Source: Eledone cirrhosa | Taxonomy: Eukaryota | Length of the DNA stretch: 64,000 nucleotides | Assembly: GCA_964016885.1 (NCBI GenBank) | Contig: OZ024740.1 | Coordinates: 237,584,001 to 237,648,000 of the forward strand | Reading direction: 5' to 3' | In this document: positions 14,216 to 34,610 of the stretch, piece after piece | Numbering within the stretch: the stretch's first letter is position 1 | Layout: each line of letters begins with the position of its first letter | Program-made: the position numbers and the translations under genes | The notes under the pieces: generated by a model | The model's database searches: none | Seen by the model: only the letters and a program-made list of their open reading frames with translations | What the model was told of the DNA's origin: nothing

Positions 14216-14499
14216 GCAGTACACCACCTTGATCCTTCCCACCAATCAAAACAACTCATTTTGTCAAACTCTTGAAATTCTGACTTTACCACATAGCATG
14301 TATTTCATTTTCTTATAGCATTTTAAAAGGGTCCGTCGAGCCGCCGATTATTGAGTCGGGTAGGATCGATACAGATCGAATCTTGAGCTGATCAGTGGCG
14401 AAACGCGCGTCACCTATCAATAAATGCAATGAAGGAGTAATCAATCGTCCTTGTTAGCCTTTCAATATATATATATATGTGTCAGAGAGAATTGTGATA

Positions 14500-16625
14500 A
14501 TCATTGGAGAGAAGTGTATCCATAATGATAAAGGTGAGCTTGCTCTCACAAGTGCTGAGAAGAAAGATGCACGGAAGAGCCATTATGATAGATTACTAAA
14601 TGAGGAGAATGTATGGGAAGAAGAGACCCTACTCCAAGTAGACCCTATAGAGGGGCCAGCAGTACAAGTCAGCAGCAGCGTAGTAGGTAAGGCAATCAAA
14701 GATATGAAGATGGAGAAGGCAACCGGTCCATCGGGAATAGCTGCCAAGATGCTGAAGGCATCTGGGTCTGTAGGTCACACTATAACCACACGAATTGTTA
14801 ACTAGGTAATACTAGAAGGTGTCATACCAAAAGATTGGAGCAGTAGCATCATTGTCAACTGCTACAAAGGTAAAGGTGATGCACTAGATAGAGGAAACTA
14901 TAGAGGTATAAAGCTGATGGACCAGGTCATGAAAGTAACAGAAAGAGCTATAGCACAGTTGATTAGGGACCGGGTGAAACTAGATGAGATGCAATTTGGG
15001 TTTGTACGAGGAAGAGGCACCACTGATGCCCTCTTCTTTGTGAGGCAGTTACAGCAAAAGTACCTAGCTAAAAGTAAGCCACTCTACCTGGCATTCGTCG
15101 ATCTCGAGAAAGCCTTTGACAGAGTTCCACGTGCTATAATCTGGTGGGCTCTTAGAAAACTAGGAGTAGATGAATGGCTTGTGAAAGCTGTACAAGCCAT
15201 GTATAGGGGAGCAGTCAGCAAAGTTAGGATTAGCAATGAGTATAGCGAGGAATTTAGCGTACAGGTTGGTGTCCACCAGGGCTCTGTTCTTAGCCCCCTC
15301 CTGTTCATCATAGTCCTACAGGCAATAACGGAGGAGTTTAAGACCGGATGCCCATGGGAACTCCTGTATGCAGATGACCTAGCACTTATAGCTGAATCTA
15401 TGGTAGAACTAGAGAAGAAATTCCAAACTTGGAAGCAGGGACTAGAAAGAAAGGGTCTCAAAGTCAACCTGACAAAGACTAAGGTCCTTGTAAGTAGACG
15501 AGAAAACAGAACCCAGGGAAATGGCCTTGCTCAGTATGTAGGAAAGGTGTAGGTAGGAACTCCATTCTCTGCCCCAAATGCAAACAATGGGTACACAAGA
15601 GATGTAGCGGGATCTCAGGAAGCTTAATTAAGAAGGTAGGCTTCACATGTAGCAGCTGTGCTGGGACAGCAAGCAGTAAACAGCCACAGGAAACAAGTAC
15701 CACCAATCTCTGGGAGGGCTCTGTAGAAACAGTAGACAGCTTCTGCTACCTAGGTGACCGAATTAGCAGCGGAGGTGGGTGTTCAGAAAGTACAATAACT
15801 AGGGTAAGAATGGGATGGAAGAAGTTCAGGGAACTACTGCCACTGCTAGCTGCAAAAGACTTCTCCCTAAAATGAAAGGCAGACTGTATGATGTGTGTAT
15901 CCGAACAGCTTTGTTACATGGTAGTGAGATCTGGGCGCTGAAGGTGGAAGACTTACGTAGATTAGAAAGAAACGAAGCCTGCATGCTCTGATGGATGTGT
16001 AATGGTAATATACGCGAACGGCAAAGCATAAATGAATTGAGAGAGAGACTGAGCATAAGAGGAATCAAATGCTGTGTGCAGGAGAGGCGGTTGCGTTGGT
16101 ATGAACATGTGATGCGTATGAAGGATGACAGCTGCTTAAAAAGGTGCAGGGCACTAGAAGTTGATGGAAACCGCGGAGTGGGGAGACCCAAGATGACTTG
16201 GGATGAGGTGATAAAAGCCGACCTTACCCAACTACACCCCTCAAAGTCAATGACACACGACCGTGACTTCTGGCGTCACGCAGTAATACAGGGTACCCGA
16301 CCTCCCATGGGTACATGCTGAAGCATATAAACAATATGCCCCCCCCCCACCGCAAGGTGGTCGTGGAGGTGCCACGGCAAAAAAGCACCCAGCCCACACT
16401 GTAAAGTGGACGTGTAGGCGCCACGAAAAAGCACCCAGCACTCACTGTAAATGAGGTTGGTGTTAGGAAGGGCATCCAGCTGTAGAAATCAAGCCCAAAT
16501 CAGTTCCTGTATGAGCAAGGCATGGTCAGCCGACCAGACACTGTCCACAACAGGACAACCCGTCTAACCCATGCTAGCATGGAAGAACGGACGTAAAACG
16601 GTGATGATGATGATGATGATGATGA
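14500..16625 (+). mobile_element. 5'-truncated, mutated RTE LINE (same family as 43890-47310)
   Basis: RT motifs FVDLEKAFDRV, GVHQGSVLSP, YADD; stop at 14803 and frameshifts; 3' UTR matches 43890-44191; (GAT)n tail. Confidence 0.95.
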
Positions 16626-16634
16626 TATATACAT

Positions 16635-16672
<38 letters not shown>

Positions 16673-16695
16673 TAAGTCTTTCATATATATATATA

Positions 16696-17350
16696 TATGA
16701 AAGACTTAAAATAAGAAAATTATAGTAATTAACTTACTTAAGTTTCACTCCAACTAATTAGTTTCTGAAAGGGGATATACATAGTGGTCAAACTATGGAG
16801 AATCCTTTCTTCATCGGGGAGTCAATTCTCGGCTAAGATTGCTGGCGATAGGCGGACACAGGGAGCTCAAACAAAAATGATTCAGTGAATGGAAAAAAGC
16901 AAGCGCGGACTAAATTTCAAGACACTCAAAATGTCACTGCCTTCCCGGTCAGTGGCAAATTCAAAAGAATCAATTACGTGACATCAAGGTTAATCAGTGA
17001 GGAGTGGGGTGTTAAAAAGACAGTAGCCAAACTATTACTATGAACCATAGTAGTCATTTAGGCAAATTTTTGCTCAACAAAATAATTTGGAGATAATTAT
17101 AAAGAACATTTATACAGATGTATACTTACGCTAGCAAGATATAGGTTTTGTCTTAGTAACTTTGTGGTTCAATACAAAAATGTAGAACAATTATATGAAA
17201 GACGTAAAATAAGAAAATTATAGTAATTAACTTACTTACTTAAGTTTCACTCCAACTAATTAGTTTCTGAAAGGGGATATACATAGTGTTGAAACTATGG
17301 AGAATCCTTTCTTCATTAGGGAGTCAATTCCCGGCTAAGATTCCTGGCGA
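16696..17350 (-). mobile_element. Element with ~155-bp direct terminal repeats, each carrying a hammerhead motif (pLTR/retrozyme-like)
   Basis: 16696-16850 repeats at 17197-17350 (period ~502); minus strand ACTCC-C(C/T)(G/A)ATGA-stem II-GAAAC-TAATTA-GTT-GGAGT; TA flanks. Confidence 0.7.
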
Positions 17351-17401
17351 TATATATATATAAATATGTGTGTGTGTATGTGTGTGTGTATGTGTACATA
17401 T

Positions 17402-19860
<2,459 letters not shown>

Positions 19861-20005
19861 TCTGTACATGTATATATATATATATATATTCACACACACA
19901 CACACACACACACATTTAGAAACCCTTTATAATTTAGTAGGATACAGTAATGCTGTATTCATTTCTTTGAAATCAGCAGTTATAATTTCATTCAACAACA
20001 CCAGC

Positions 20006-20138
<133 letters not shown>

Positions 20139-20409
20139 AAACAACCTCCGAGATGTGTGGCAAGTGCTCAATGATTCAGATGAACCAGAGCTATAACTAA
20201 CGTTAAAGGCCAAAACACACTGAGATGATGGTTAAGCAATCACCCGCACAACCAAAAAAAACGATCAAGTAATTCGGGTCAAACAAATAAAAATATATGT
20301 GAATGAAAATATATATATATATATATTCCATTTTCCTTCTGTCTCCCTCTCCCTCTCTCTATGTCTCTCTTACAATCACTATCTCTTTCTCTCTATCCTT
20401 CTCTCTCTC

Positions 20410-20609
20410 TGTTTATGAAGGTATCCGGAAAAACCCCATATCTCGGGAATCCGTGCTCTGATTTATGCGAAATTTGTTTTATTCCATTTGTATTCCCATT
20501 TCAGGGTCAACTTCCTTTCAAAGTATTTTCCCGTTATGCGCCTTTTGGCTGTATTACATTACAGACAAGCAAGCAAGCAATCACAGAGTTTTAGTAGTAT
20601 ATAGATAGA
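20410..20609 (-). mobile_element. Probable non-autonomous Helitron 5' end
   Basis: Minus strand starts TCTATCTATATACTACTAAAACTCTGTGATTGCTTGCTTGCTTGTCTG, resembling invertebrate Helitron/HINE 5' termini. Confidence 0.45.
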
Positions 20610-21354
20610 TTGTAGTTGCTTAGATTCAAGTCATCCTCCATTGAGTAGACCTATGATCAAATACATTCCATCCATGACCATCACCTCTTTTTGTATATCT
20701 AGAGCTACATTGTTCAATGTTTCCTTCTTTTTTAAAGATATTAGTGCTTAATTTGAAAGACTTTGACTCCTATTTCTAGCAAGCCATATGACCACATAAA
20801 GACTCATGTTGACTCATCCCTGTATGTGTATAAAGCCACAATACAGCATCATAATTATTTCCAGAACTATGTCTGGACTTGAACATTACATTCTTAGCAA
20901 ACTCATACAGAGACTCTACTTTCCTCTCTTTTACATCCATAACACACTCAGGAAAGACATGAATGTAACTACACCCAATTAATTGCCTCTGTTAAGCTGA
21001 GGCTCAAGACAAAAGGCAAAGTAAATTTCTTTATTTAAATATGAAAAATTGTGACAAATAACCAGCAGCATAACACAAGTATAATTTTAATGTATCATGC
21101 AGTAAGGGAGATGAAAAGGGATCCAACATTTTGAGCATAAAGTTCTTTGTCAAGAAAGAATAAATAAAAGAATTAAAAGAAAACGGATTTTATGTATGTT
21201 CTATACTGTAACAATAGATGATGTTATCTGCTATCTATGTTATTGTTTAGCTCTAGGCAACTCTTGTCAAAAGCAGTCTTGCCATGACTGTTCAAACTTC
21301 ATTATAGTTAATGTATTTCTTATAAAGATATTATAATGTGATTTAGGTGGCAAA

Positions 21355-21500
21355 TTGGCAGGGTTGTTAGAATGTCGTATAGAATGCTTTCCTGTATTTA
21401 TTCTTTCTCTCTGCTCTCTGAGTTTAAATCCTGCCAAGGCCAACTTTGCCTTTCATCTATTCGAGGTTGATAAAAAAGTGCCAGTTCAGTACTGGGGTTG
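21355..21500 (+). mobile_element. Decayed SINE family A copy
   Basis: TTGGCAG...CTGAGTTTAAATCCTGCC...CTTTGCCTTTCATC...GATAAAAAAGTGCCAG. Confidence 0.65.
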
Positions 21501-22099
21501 ATTCTTCCTCTATATCTCTTCCTCACTTCCTCTCTCTCACTTTCTATCTTTCACTGGAAGAAATCTACTGTGTTGAGACCTGCAGAGAGCTCCACATGGC
21601 TTAAAATGCCCAGGAAATTCCGTATGTCACTTCAGTGTCCCTATGATTCCACAAGGAATTATAGGACCATACATACATAATGTGATTTGAGAGAAATTTA
21701 GCTACTAGTAGGTTGAATATCACATAGGGTACCGCATCATTGACTCTGCAAACTATAGAGACAGGACACATTAGATAAGGTAGTCATACAAACATGGAAT
21801 GGTCACAGCTTGAAATGTTTTTGACTATAAGTTTACTCAATCAGGGTTGACCTCGGGGTAAAAAAAAAGGCAACTAGAAAATAAAAAGATGTCTGTGCAC
21901 CCCACAGCCAGCAAACTTTTTCCCACTCTCACCTCCAAAACAGTAGCCAGTTTTTGTTTGTGCCTTTGACAAGAGAATCTCTATGAACTATATGAATTCC
22001 CACTATCCATCACTTTAGAACTAAGATGACTCCCTATTTTCTAACTACTTTGCTTCCAGTTTCAATTCCCTCCACCCAATATGATAACTGGTTATGACA

Positions 22100-23700
22100 G
22101 TGTCCCTCATTTCAACAACCTTCAAATAAAGCACAACAGAGCTAGATCCTATCCCTATTAAACGTTTTAATCTATCAATCTTCCCCTATCACTGTTTTTC
22201 TTTAAAAATCTATTCTAACATTTAGAAACATGCTATAACGTGTCCTAAACCCCAGCCCCAACCCACCAAAAGAGAAAATTCTCTGACCTTACCAACTACC
22301 AACTTAGTGTTCTGATTTCTAACATTTCAAGTGATAGGAACAAATATCAAGTCACTTTTTCATACACCAGTATGATTTCCATAGAGCAAAATTTATATGA
22401 AACTTGCTCTCTTGTGTCCTTTAGGATCCTCAGTGAAAGTAATGTCTCTAAATTTGTCATCATCAAAGCCTACAACAACACCTGACAGTCAAACCTTCTA
22501 AATAAATTGCTCACCTATGAACTTCTCCTGTCTTTTATCTCTTAGATTAGAAACTTCCTGTAACACTGATGCAATGCAGTATGTACTTAAGTGACTCTTT
22601 TTGATCCACATTTTATCAATTCAAAAGTACTTTAAGATTTGGTTCATGGCCTAGTGATAAGTGTGTTAGACTTTCGATCATAATGTCGTGGGTTCGATTC
22701 CTGTGTTGCGTGTTGTGTTCTTGAGCAAAACACTTCATTTCACGTTGCTCCAGTATACTCAGCTGAAAATGAATACCAGCAATAGCTGGGGGTTTATCAC
22801 TGCAATGGATTGGTGGCCTGTCTTGCACTCTCAATTGCTTCATGCCATGAAACCAGGATAAGCACCGGCCAAATGAGCCTTCTGGCTTAAGACGGACTTC
22901 AGACTTTAGACTTATGTACATTAACAACCTATATGGTGTCGCTTATAATACAGACATCTATGTACCCTTTGTCACTCCTCCCTAACATTGCACTGGTATC
23001 ATCCAAAGGTTTGCATTGCCTTAATGAAAAAGGACTGTCAGAACACTCTTCAATGGAGACATGACTGACTAGATCCATTCAACATTACAGACACACATGA
23101 CACATATCAAGAAAACAGTCTCGTACCATATATCCTCTCCAGTCATAAACAGCACACTACTAAAACTATGTAAGTCCCAAGAAATACTAGACCTTGTAAT
23201 CCCCGAGGACCTTATGGTGACCTCACATATATAACATATCCATGACTACATCACAGAAATGACCTTCCTTTTGTGGTTAGAATATAACTTCAGTGCTAAC
23301 CAGTGGCTTACTTTGTATAAAGTTCTAGTAAGACACGCATTAAAATACTTCTTTATGTATGAGACAGGACTTCTATTGTTGTTATGCACAGCAAAGCATT
23401 TTTTTAGCACAACCTAATAGTTATTTAGCTGAATGACAAAGATGTCATTGCTAAACACACTAGAACCAGCAGCTCACCAATGCACTGTTTCGTTTATAGC
23501 TACCAGAATGGCCACTGCATTTCTGACCTAACAATCTACATATCTATTCCACAAAATACACAATTCTCTTTTACTGTGTCTCACTTCTCAGATCTTGCAC
23601 TAAATACTTCACTCAATCCTTCCATGACAGAATTGCCACTCTCTAGAAACCCCTTCTCACCTATATATTTACTGCTATACAGAATGTTTAACCTTTTTCA
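22100..23700 (+). pseudogene. Highly decayed CR1/Jockey-group LINE RT remnant, interrupted by a SINE
   Basis: Relic motifs ELDPIPI, SDLTNYQ, QYDF and IIKAYN...LLNKLLTY with many stops; weak. Confidence 0.45.
22638..22912 (+). mobile_element. tRNA-derived CORE/V-SINE-like element
   Basis: A-box TGGCCTAGTG, B-box GGTTCGATTCC, CORE-like GTGTTCTTGAGCAAAACACTT, 3' ATGAGCC...GACTT repeats; fragment also at 53810-53880. Confidence 0.8.
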
Positions 23701-24832
23701 ATTTAATGGTGGTAGTGGTGGTGATTGTGGTAGTGATGTTGTTGTTGGTAGTGATGGTAGAGGTGCAATTGTTTGTGTTTTCAGTGGTGATGGTGGTGGT
23801 GGTGGTGGTGATGGTGAGGATTATATTGCAACGATGATGATGTTGTTTTGCCCCAGGTCATCCAGGATCAAGCAGACCTATTATGAAAGGTGTTCCAGCT
23901 ATGAAGAGCCTATGTTTTTGTATATCAGAGACTATAATTCCCATTGTGTCCTTCTCTTATAAGATTGTGAGGTGTGATTTAACTGGTGTTTTCGAGCAGT
24001 CAATTAGAAGATATATTACTGATGATCATGAAAATGATAATGATGATGACAATGATAAAGGTGATGATGCATATATTATGCAACAATGCATTTTCGGCGC
24101 ATGTGGCTTCATCAGCGGGTTACGCCTAATCAATAACTATTCGATTGACAGAATCCAAATCCCAGCCCATGCCGGTCATGACTGTTTGTGACGGCCGACA
24201 CAGTAAAGTGATTAGCAACTGGAATCTGATAAAACTCTGTCCCCTGACCAGCCACCGATTTACAAACTTTACGTGGTGGCGGGAGATTAGAAAGCAAATA
24301 TTTTTGCTCCCATCAAAAGCTCTCAGCCAACGTGTCTCAAACACAAATTAATAAGAAGTGAAAAGATGGTTATTAGAAATAGCAGTCCCACATCGATGTA
24401 TAATAGAATGGTAGCATTTGGCTCATGTCTCCAAGTCCCATGGCTAGAGGAAAGCGATAGTAACAATGGTAGTGTCAAGAACCTTTAACGGACATTAAAT
24501 GCCAGTATCTATTATACAGCGATATATAGTAGCAAGCTGGATTGTAGCAGCCACGTGTGGAAACCAGTCTATTTCACAACTTAAAAGAGTGAGAGATAAA
24601 ATTAATAGCAGGATTTAGAGCGCATATCAAAACAAAACACAATAAAAAAAGTGAAAAGTTGTTTAACTTACTCTCATTATTCTGCTAGTTCGGATATATA
24701 TATATATATATATACATATATCAATAATATTAATAAATGGAAACTATCTTTATAAAACCATATTTATTTTATAATATATATTTTATGGGTACCAACATTT
24801 TTAGTACGCTCTCATCAGATAAAATACAAAAG

Positions 24833-24887
<55 letters not shown>

Positions 24888-24889
24888 TC

Positions 24890-25063
24890 ATTCCACTGCA
24901 AAGTGGTCGTGGAGGTGCCATGGCAAAAAAGCACCCAGCACTCACTGTAAATGAGGTTGGTGTTAGGAAGGGCATCCAGCTGTAGAAATCAAGCCAGAAT
25001 CAGTTCCCGTCCCACACCTGCAAGCAGGGAAAAGTGGACGTAAAATGATGATGATGATGATGA
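24890..25063 (+). mobile_element. Short retroposon sharing the RTE 3' UTR (family B)
   Basis: CACCCAGCACTCACTGTAAATGAGGTTGGTGTTAGGAAGGGCATCCAGCTGTAGAAATC then (TGA)n; copies at 26865-27030(-) and 53900-54120(+). Confidence 0.8.
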
Positions 25064-25873
25064 TATATATATATATCCATGAGAGAGTATTGTTTATATT
25101 GAATATATTGTATATGTACATCTATTTGTGTGTACAGCTTAATGATTGTATTACACATTTTTCATGCGAGGATGGCTATTAAAAAAAAAAAAGAAAATTC
25201 GGATATTTCAATATCTGCCTGAATTGTGGTAGCAATCTTCTTTGCTACAGTTGAATTACCTTCTCTACTGGATTACTGACGCATGAAACAAAATTTGGTA
25301 CAAATTGCTTTCATTTCATTCCAAGATTTACTCACGGAAGACAAGAATAACAATTTTAGTTTAAACCTATTTGACAAGTTGCTTCCAGAATATTTTCTGC
25401 TTCTTTAACTTTTCCAAATTCATAGAACATTCTCAAAAGACCACTATAAAATTTCTAAGTTTCATTTTCTTCTTTCCTGAGCTAACAATTTAAAGGAGTT
25501 GATTTCAGATGTGAAGAAGTTAAACATTAAAAATGTGGAAGATAGTGTATATGTGCATCTATATTTTATATGATATATAATTATACACACACACACACAC
25601 ATATATGTATGTGAAAAGTAAATGGAAAAAACACAGACGATAAAGTTTTATATATATATACATATATATATATGAAAAATATGAAAACATGACGTGCTGC
25701 GTGGTTGCAAATGGGTTACATATGAATAAATTTAGTCCTTCATCAGTGATCCTCCAACCTTCATTGGTATTTCATCGCTTTAAAGACGATATACCTCTGG
25801 TTGGTGCGAGCAACAGCTAAAGAAAGTCGTTGGGACACATAAATCGAGGGAACGAGCGAGACAGTAAACAAAC

Positions 25874-26040
25874 ATGAAATTATTCAGGACTCCAACTGTT
25901 GAGCTCTGGCTGTTGAAACGGCTGGATCTCAGCTGTCGGGGTCCTGAATCATTTCATATTACCCACTCTACTATCCCAAGTATCGAGTACTCTCGTGCCT
26001 TATGGTCCACCTAGTATCTTACCACACCCTCTTTGTTATA
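25874..26040 (+). mobile_element. Short TA-inserted element with imperfect hairpin (same family as 48030-48223)
   Basis: GAAACGGCT...AGCTGTCGGGGTC and tail ATTACCCACTCTACT...ATGGTCCACCT. Confidence 0.6.
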
Positions 26041-26560
26041 TATATATATATATATAAATTTATATATATATATATATATATATAAATTTATCTTATATAG
26101 AAATGACTTCTACAGGACTAGAACTGTTTCATAGGAATCTAACAGTTCTAGTCCTGTAGAAGTCATTTCTATATAAAATAAAGATGTCTATACTCTACTA
26201 ACATATTGACTACCTTTTTTAACCATGTTCACCTCCCTATACTTATCGGGATTCCCTCCATTATATATATACACATATAGCATAAATAAAGTTTCATACA
26301 CTTAAAATGTATGTGCTGCCTTAGGATTCAGCGTCCAGTTATGGCAACCACTTTATAGTAGAAGAGTCTCATCAAAACTAGCCTCTCGCCAAACACTCTG
26401 ACAAAAATAGGAAAAGAAATCCCTTTAGCTGACTTTCTTGTATTTTTCTATGAGCCCCAAATAAGAGGCAAGTTTTGAAGAGACTCCTCCACTATATGGT
26501 GGTCGCAATAATTGGACCTCGAAACCTAAGGCTGCACATACATGTTAAGAGTATGAAGCT

Positions 26561-26564
<4 letters not shown>

Positions 26565-26595
<31 letters not shown>

Positions 26596-26833
26596 TTAAC
26601 ATCTATTTTCCATGCTAGTATGGGTTAGACGGGTTATCTCGTTTGAGGCAGGTCGGATCAGGTGATCGTGTCTTGCTCATACAGAACTGTTTCTGGCTAG
26701 GTTTCTATGGCTGGATGCCTTTCCTAATGCCAACCACATTTACAGGGTGTGCTGGGTGTTTTTTGTTGTGTCACCTACATGACCACTTTACAGTGCGGGC
26801 TGGGTGCTTTTTGTCATGTACACATACACACAC

Positions 26834-26864
<31 letters not shown>

Positions 26865-27030
26865 ATCATTTCATTTTACGTCCGCTTTTTCCCTGCTTGC
26901 AAGGGTGGGACGGGAACTGATGCTGGCTTGATTTCTACAGCTGGATGCCCATCCTAACACCAACCTCATTTACAGTGAGTGCTGGGTGCTTTTTTGCCGT
27001 GGCACCTCCACGACCACTTTGCAGTGGAAT
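26565..27030 (-). mobile_element. Two RTE-tail/family B retroposon copies
   Basis: (CAT)n followed by reverse-complement RTE 3' UTR motifs. Confidence 0.75.
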
Positions 27031-27033
27031 ATA

Positions 27034-27114
<81 letters not shown>

Positions 27115-27118
<4 letters not shown>

Positions 27119-27930
27119 TTATTTATTTCTGTATACCCTATTTCTTGAGTTTGTAGTGAACAGTTGAATTCCACTGCAATAGACATTCTGATGAAGTGTA
27201 ATAGATAATTAAGTATTGCACATGATTGAACAATATATATTGTAGTCAGCATATGTAGACAATTTATAATAGACAGGGAAACATATGTTAAAGCAAATAA
27301 ATTGATAATCTTTTAGCAGTATTGGTTATAGAGTAGTCGCCACTTTAGCAGGGTGGTAGAATCAGTGGTCGTTACTTTAACAGGGTAGATGATTGAAGGT
27401 CGTTAGTTGCCAGTGTGGTAAGTGATAGTATCCTCGTTGGATTATCTTGTTGACATAGACGTGAGGGAAGGTCCCTCGATCTATTTACAATATTCCTTTC
27501 GTCAGGTCGCCAATTCCAGCAGCATGGACTATAGATGTCATTGAGACACGAGTAACATAACAATGATTTCAACAGCAGTAATTAGAGATGAAATGTTTGT
27601 TTATTTATATGGTTGAAGTTACAGATAAAAAGAGGTTACAAAAGGGAATGTGCCATTGCGCCGTTAAGCCTGCGAGGCTAGGGGTGCAATATCTCACTGT
27701 TACATTATGCGTGTTGCTGGCTCAAAGTTTCTGGTACAAGAGAGAGATTCTTCAAATCTTCGCGGGGAATTTCTTCCTCAGGGCGCGTAGGGATACATCC
27801 TCTTCTACTGGCGCTGATTGGCTGAACTGAGCCAAATCACGCACAGAGAATGTATGTGAGCCCGCGGAATGTAGGTCACTACAATCTCTTCATGCCAACG
27901 TTTTATTTTTCTTGGTGCAATACTTGCTTA
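27115..27930 (+). mobile_element. Penelope-type terminal repeat with long-stem-II hammerhead motif, interrupted by a solo LTR
   Basis: CTGATGA (27188)...GAAAC-ATAT-GTT (27278-27289); related copies at 39266-39487(-) and 59985-60160(+). Confidence 0.7.
27312..27883 (-). mobile_element. Probable solo LTR (Gypsy-like, 4-bp TSD)
   Basis: 572-bp block absent from the otherwise identical copy at 39266-39487; flanked by ATCT/ATCT; ends TTTAG...CTACA (degenerate TG..CA); AATAAA on the minus strand near 27600. Confidence 0.6.
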
Positions 27931-27947
27931 TATCTATCTATCTATCT

Positions 27948-28158
27948 TTGCACGACACGCTCCTGGAGTTGAGGGTTGTTCTATCGACGGGGTATTAAAC
28001 AACCCATTTGTGGCGCCTCCCCCTATTGGGGATTTCGATTGTTGAAATTGTTTGTTTTTATATTTTTTACACGACTGTATGTAAAATCCCCGGCATGTCT
28101 TTGTATTGTCCCCTTTTCTTGTTGCGCCCTTGTGGCTAATAAAGAAATCTATCTATCT
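27948..28158 (+). mobile_element. Tx1/L1-clade LINE 3'-UTR fragment
   Basis: Nearly identical to the 3' UTR of the 34370-39265 copy; ends GTGGCTAATAAAGAAATCTATCTATCT; (ATCT)n on both sides. Confidence 0.9.
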
Positions 28159-33836
<5,678 letters not shown>

Positions 33837-33849
33837 GATAGATAGATAT

Positions 33850-34365
33850 GTTTCTTTATTAGCCACATAGACACAGAGGAAGGCGACAAATACAAAGGGG
33901 GAAGTTTACATACAATAAATACGTGTAAAATATTATCACAAATGCAATTTAAAAAATTAGTCGATTTTCCCCAATAGGGGGAGACAGTTCATATGGGTAA
34001 ACACATACCCCCGAAAAAATGTGCAACCCTCATCTCCAGGAGTACGAAGAGTTTGTACCCCTTTCCTCTCTTCCTCTTTTTCCTCAACCTACAGGCTGAT
34101 ATAGAGAGAAGGCCCATTTACTCGGGCCATTCTCGCCACTTTCACCCACCTTTCATAAAACTTGCTGGGGTACAGCACCTCTCTCTCCATCCTGATTCTT
34201 CTTCCAAAGTGGTATTTGAAAAAACGAATCAGTTGTTGGCCGGAGAGAAAGGTGTCTGACCTCAGCCCTTTCAACCTTGTCCACCATATAACCTCTTTCG
34301 CCATAGCTATTACACAAAGGAAAACCGCCTCTCCTTCGTTTTTGAAGGAGGGTGGCGGTTTGATA
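33850..34365 (-). mobile_element. Tx1/L1-clade LINE 3' fragment (third subfamily)
   Basis: IKPPPSFKNEGEAVFLCVIAMAKEVIWWTRL...YISL; 3' end GTGGCTAATAAAGAAACATATCTATCTAT. Confidence 0.9.
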
Positions 34366-34610
34366 GATAGATTGATTTCTTTATTAGCCACAAGGGCGCA
34401 ACAAGAAAGGGGACAATACAAAGACATGCCGGGGATTTTACATACAGTCGTGTAAAAAAATATAAAAACAAACAATTTCAACAATCGAAATCCCCAATAG
34501 GGGGGAGGCGCCACAAATGGGTTGTTTAATACCCCGTCGATAGAACAACCCTCAACTCAAGGAGCGTGTTGTGCAAGTGCTCCTTTCTTCCTTTTGCTCT
34601 CTTCCTCAAC

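Noticed and set aside
13271-14275. 334-aa mucin-like ORF as a host gene
   Set aside because: Its N-terminus is microsatellite and the rest is a tandem repeat inside a repeated mobile-element terminus; no splice or expression evidence
24080-24122. Minus-strand CTGATGA...GAAA motif (similar weak hits near 24810, 25740, 52745, 53200)
   Set aside because: Stem I does not pair or the cleavage triplet is invalid; not distinguishable from chance by eye
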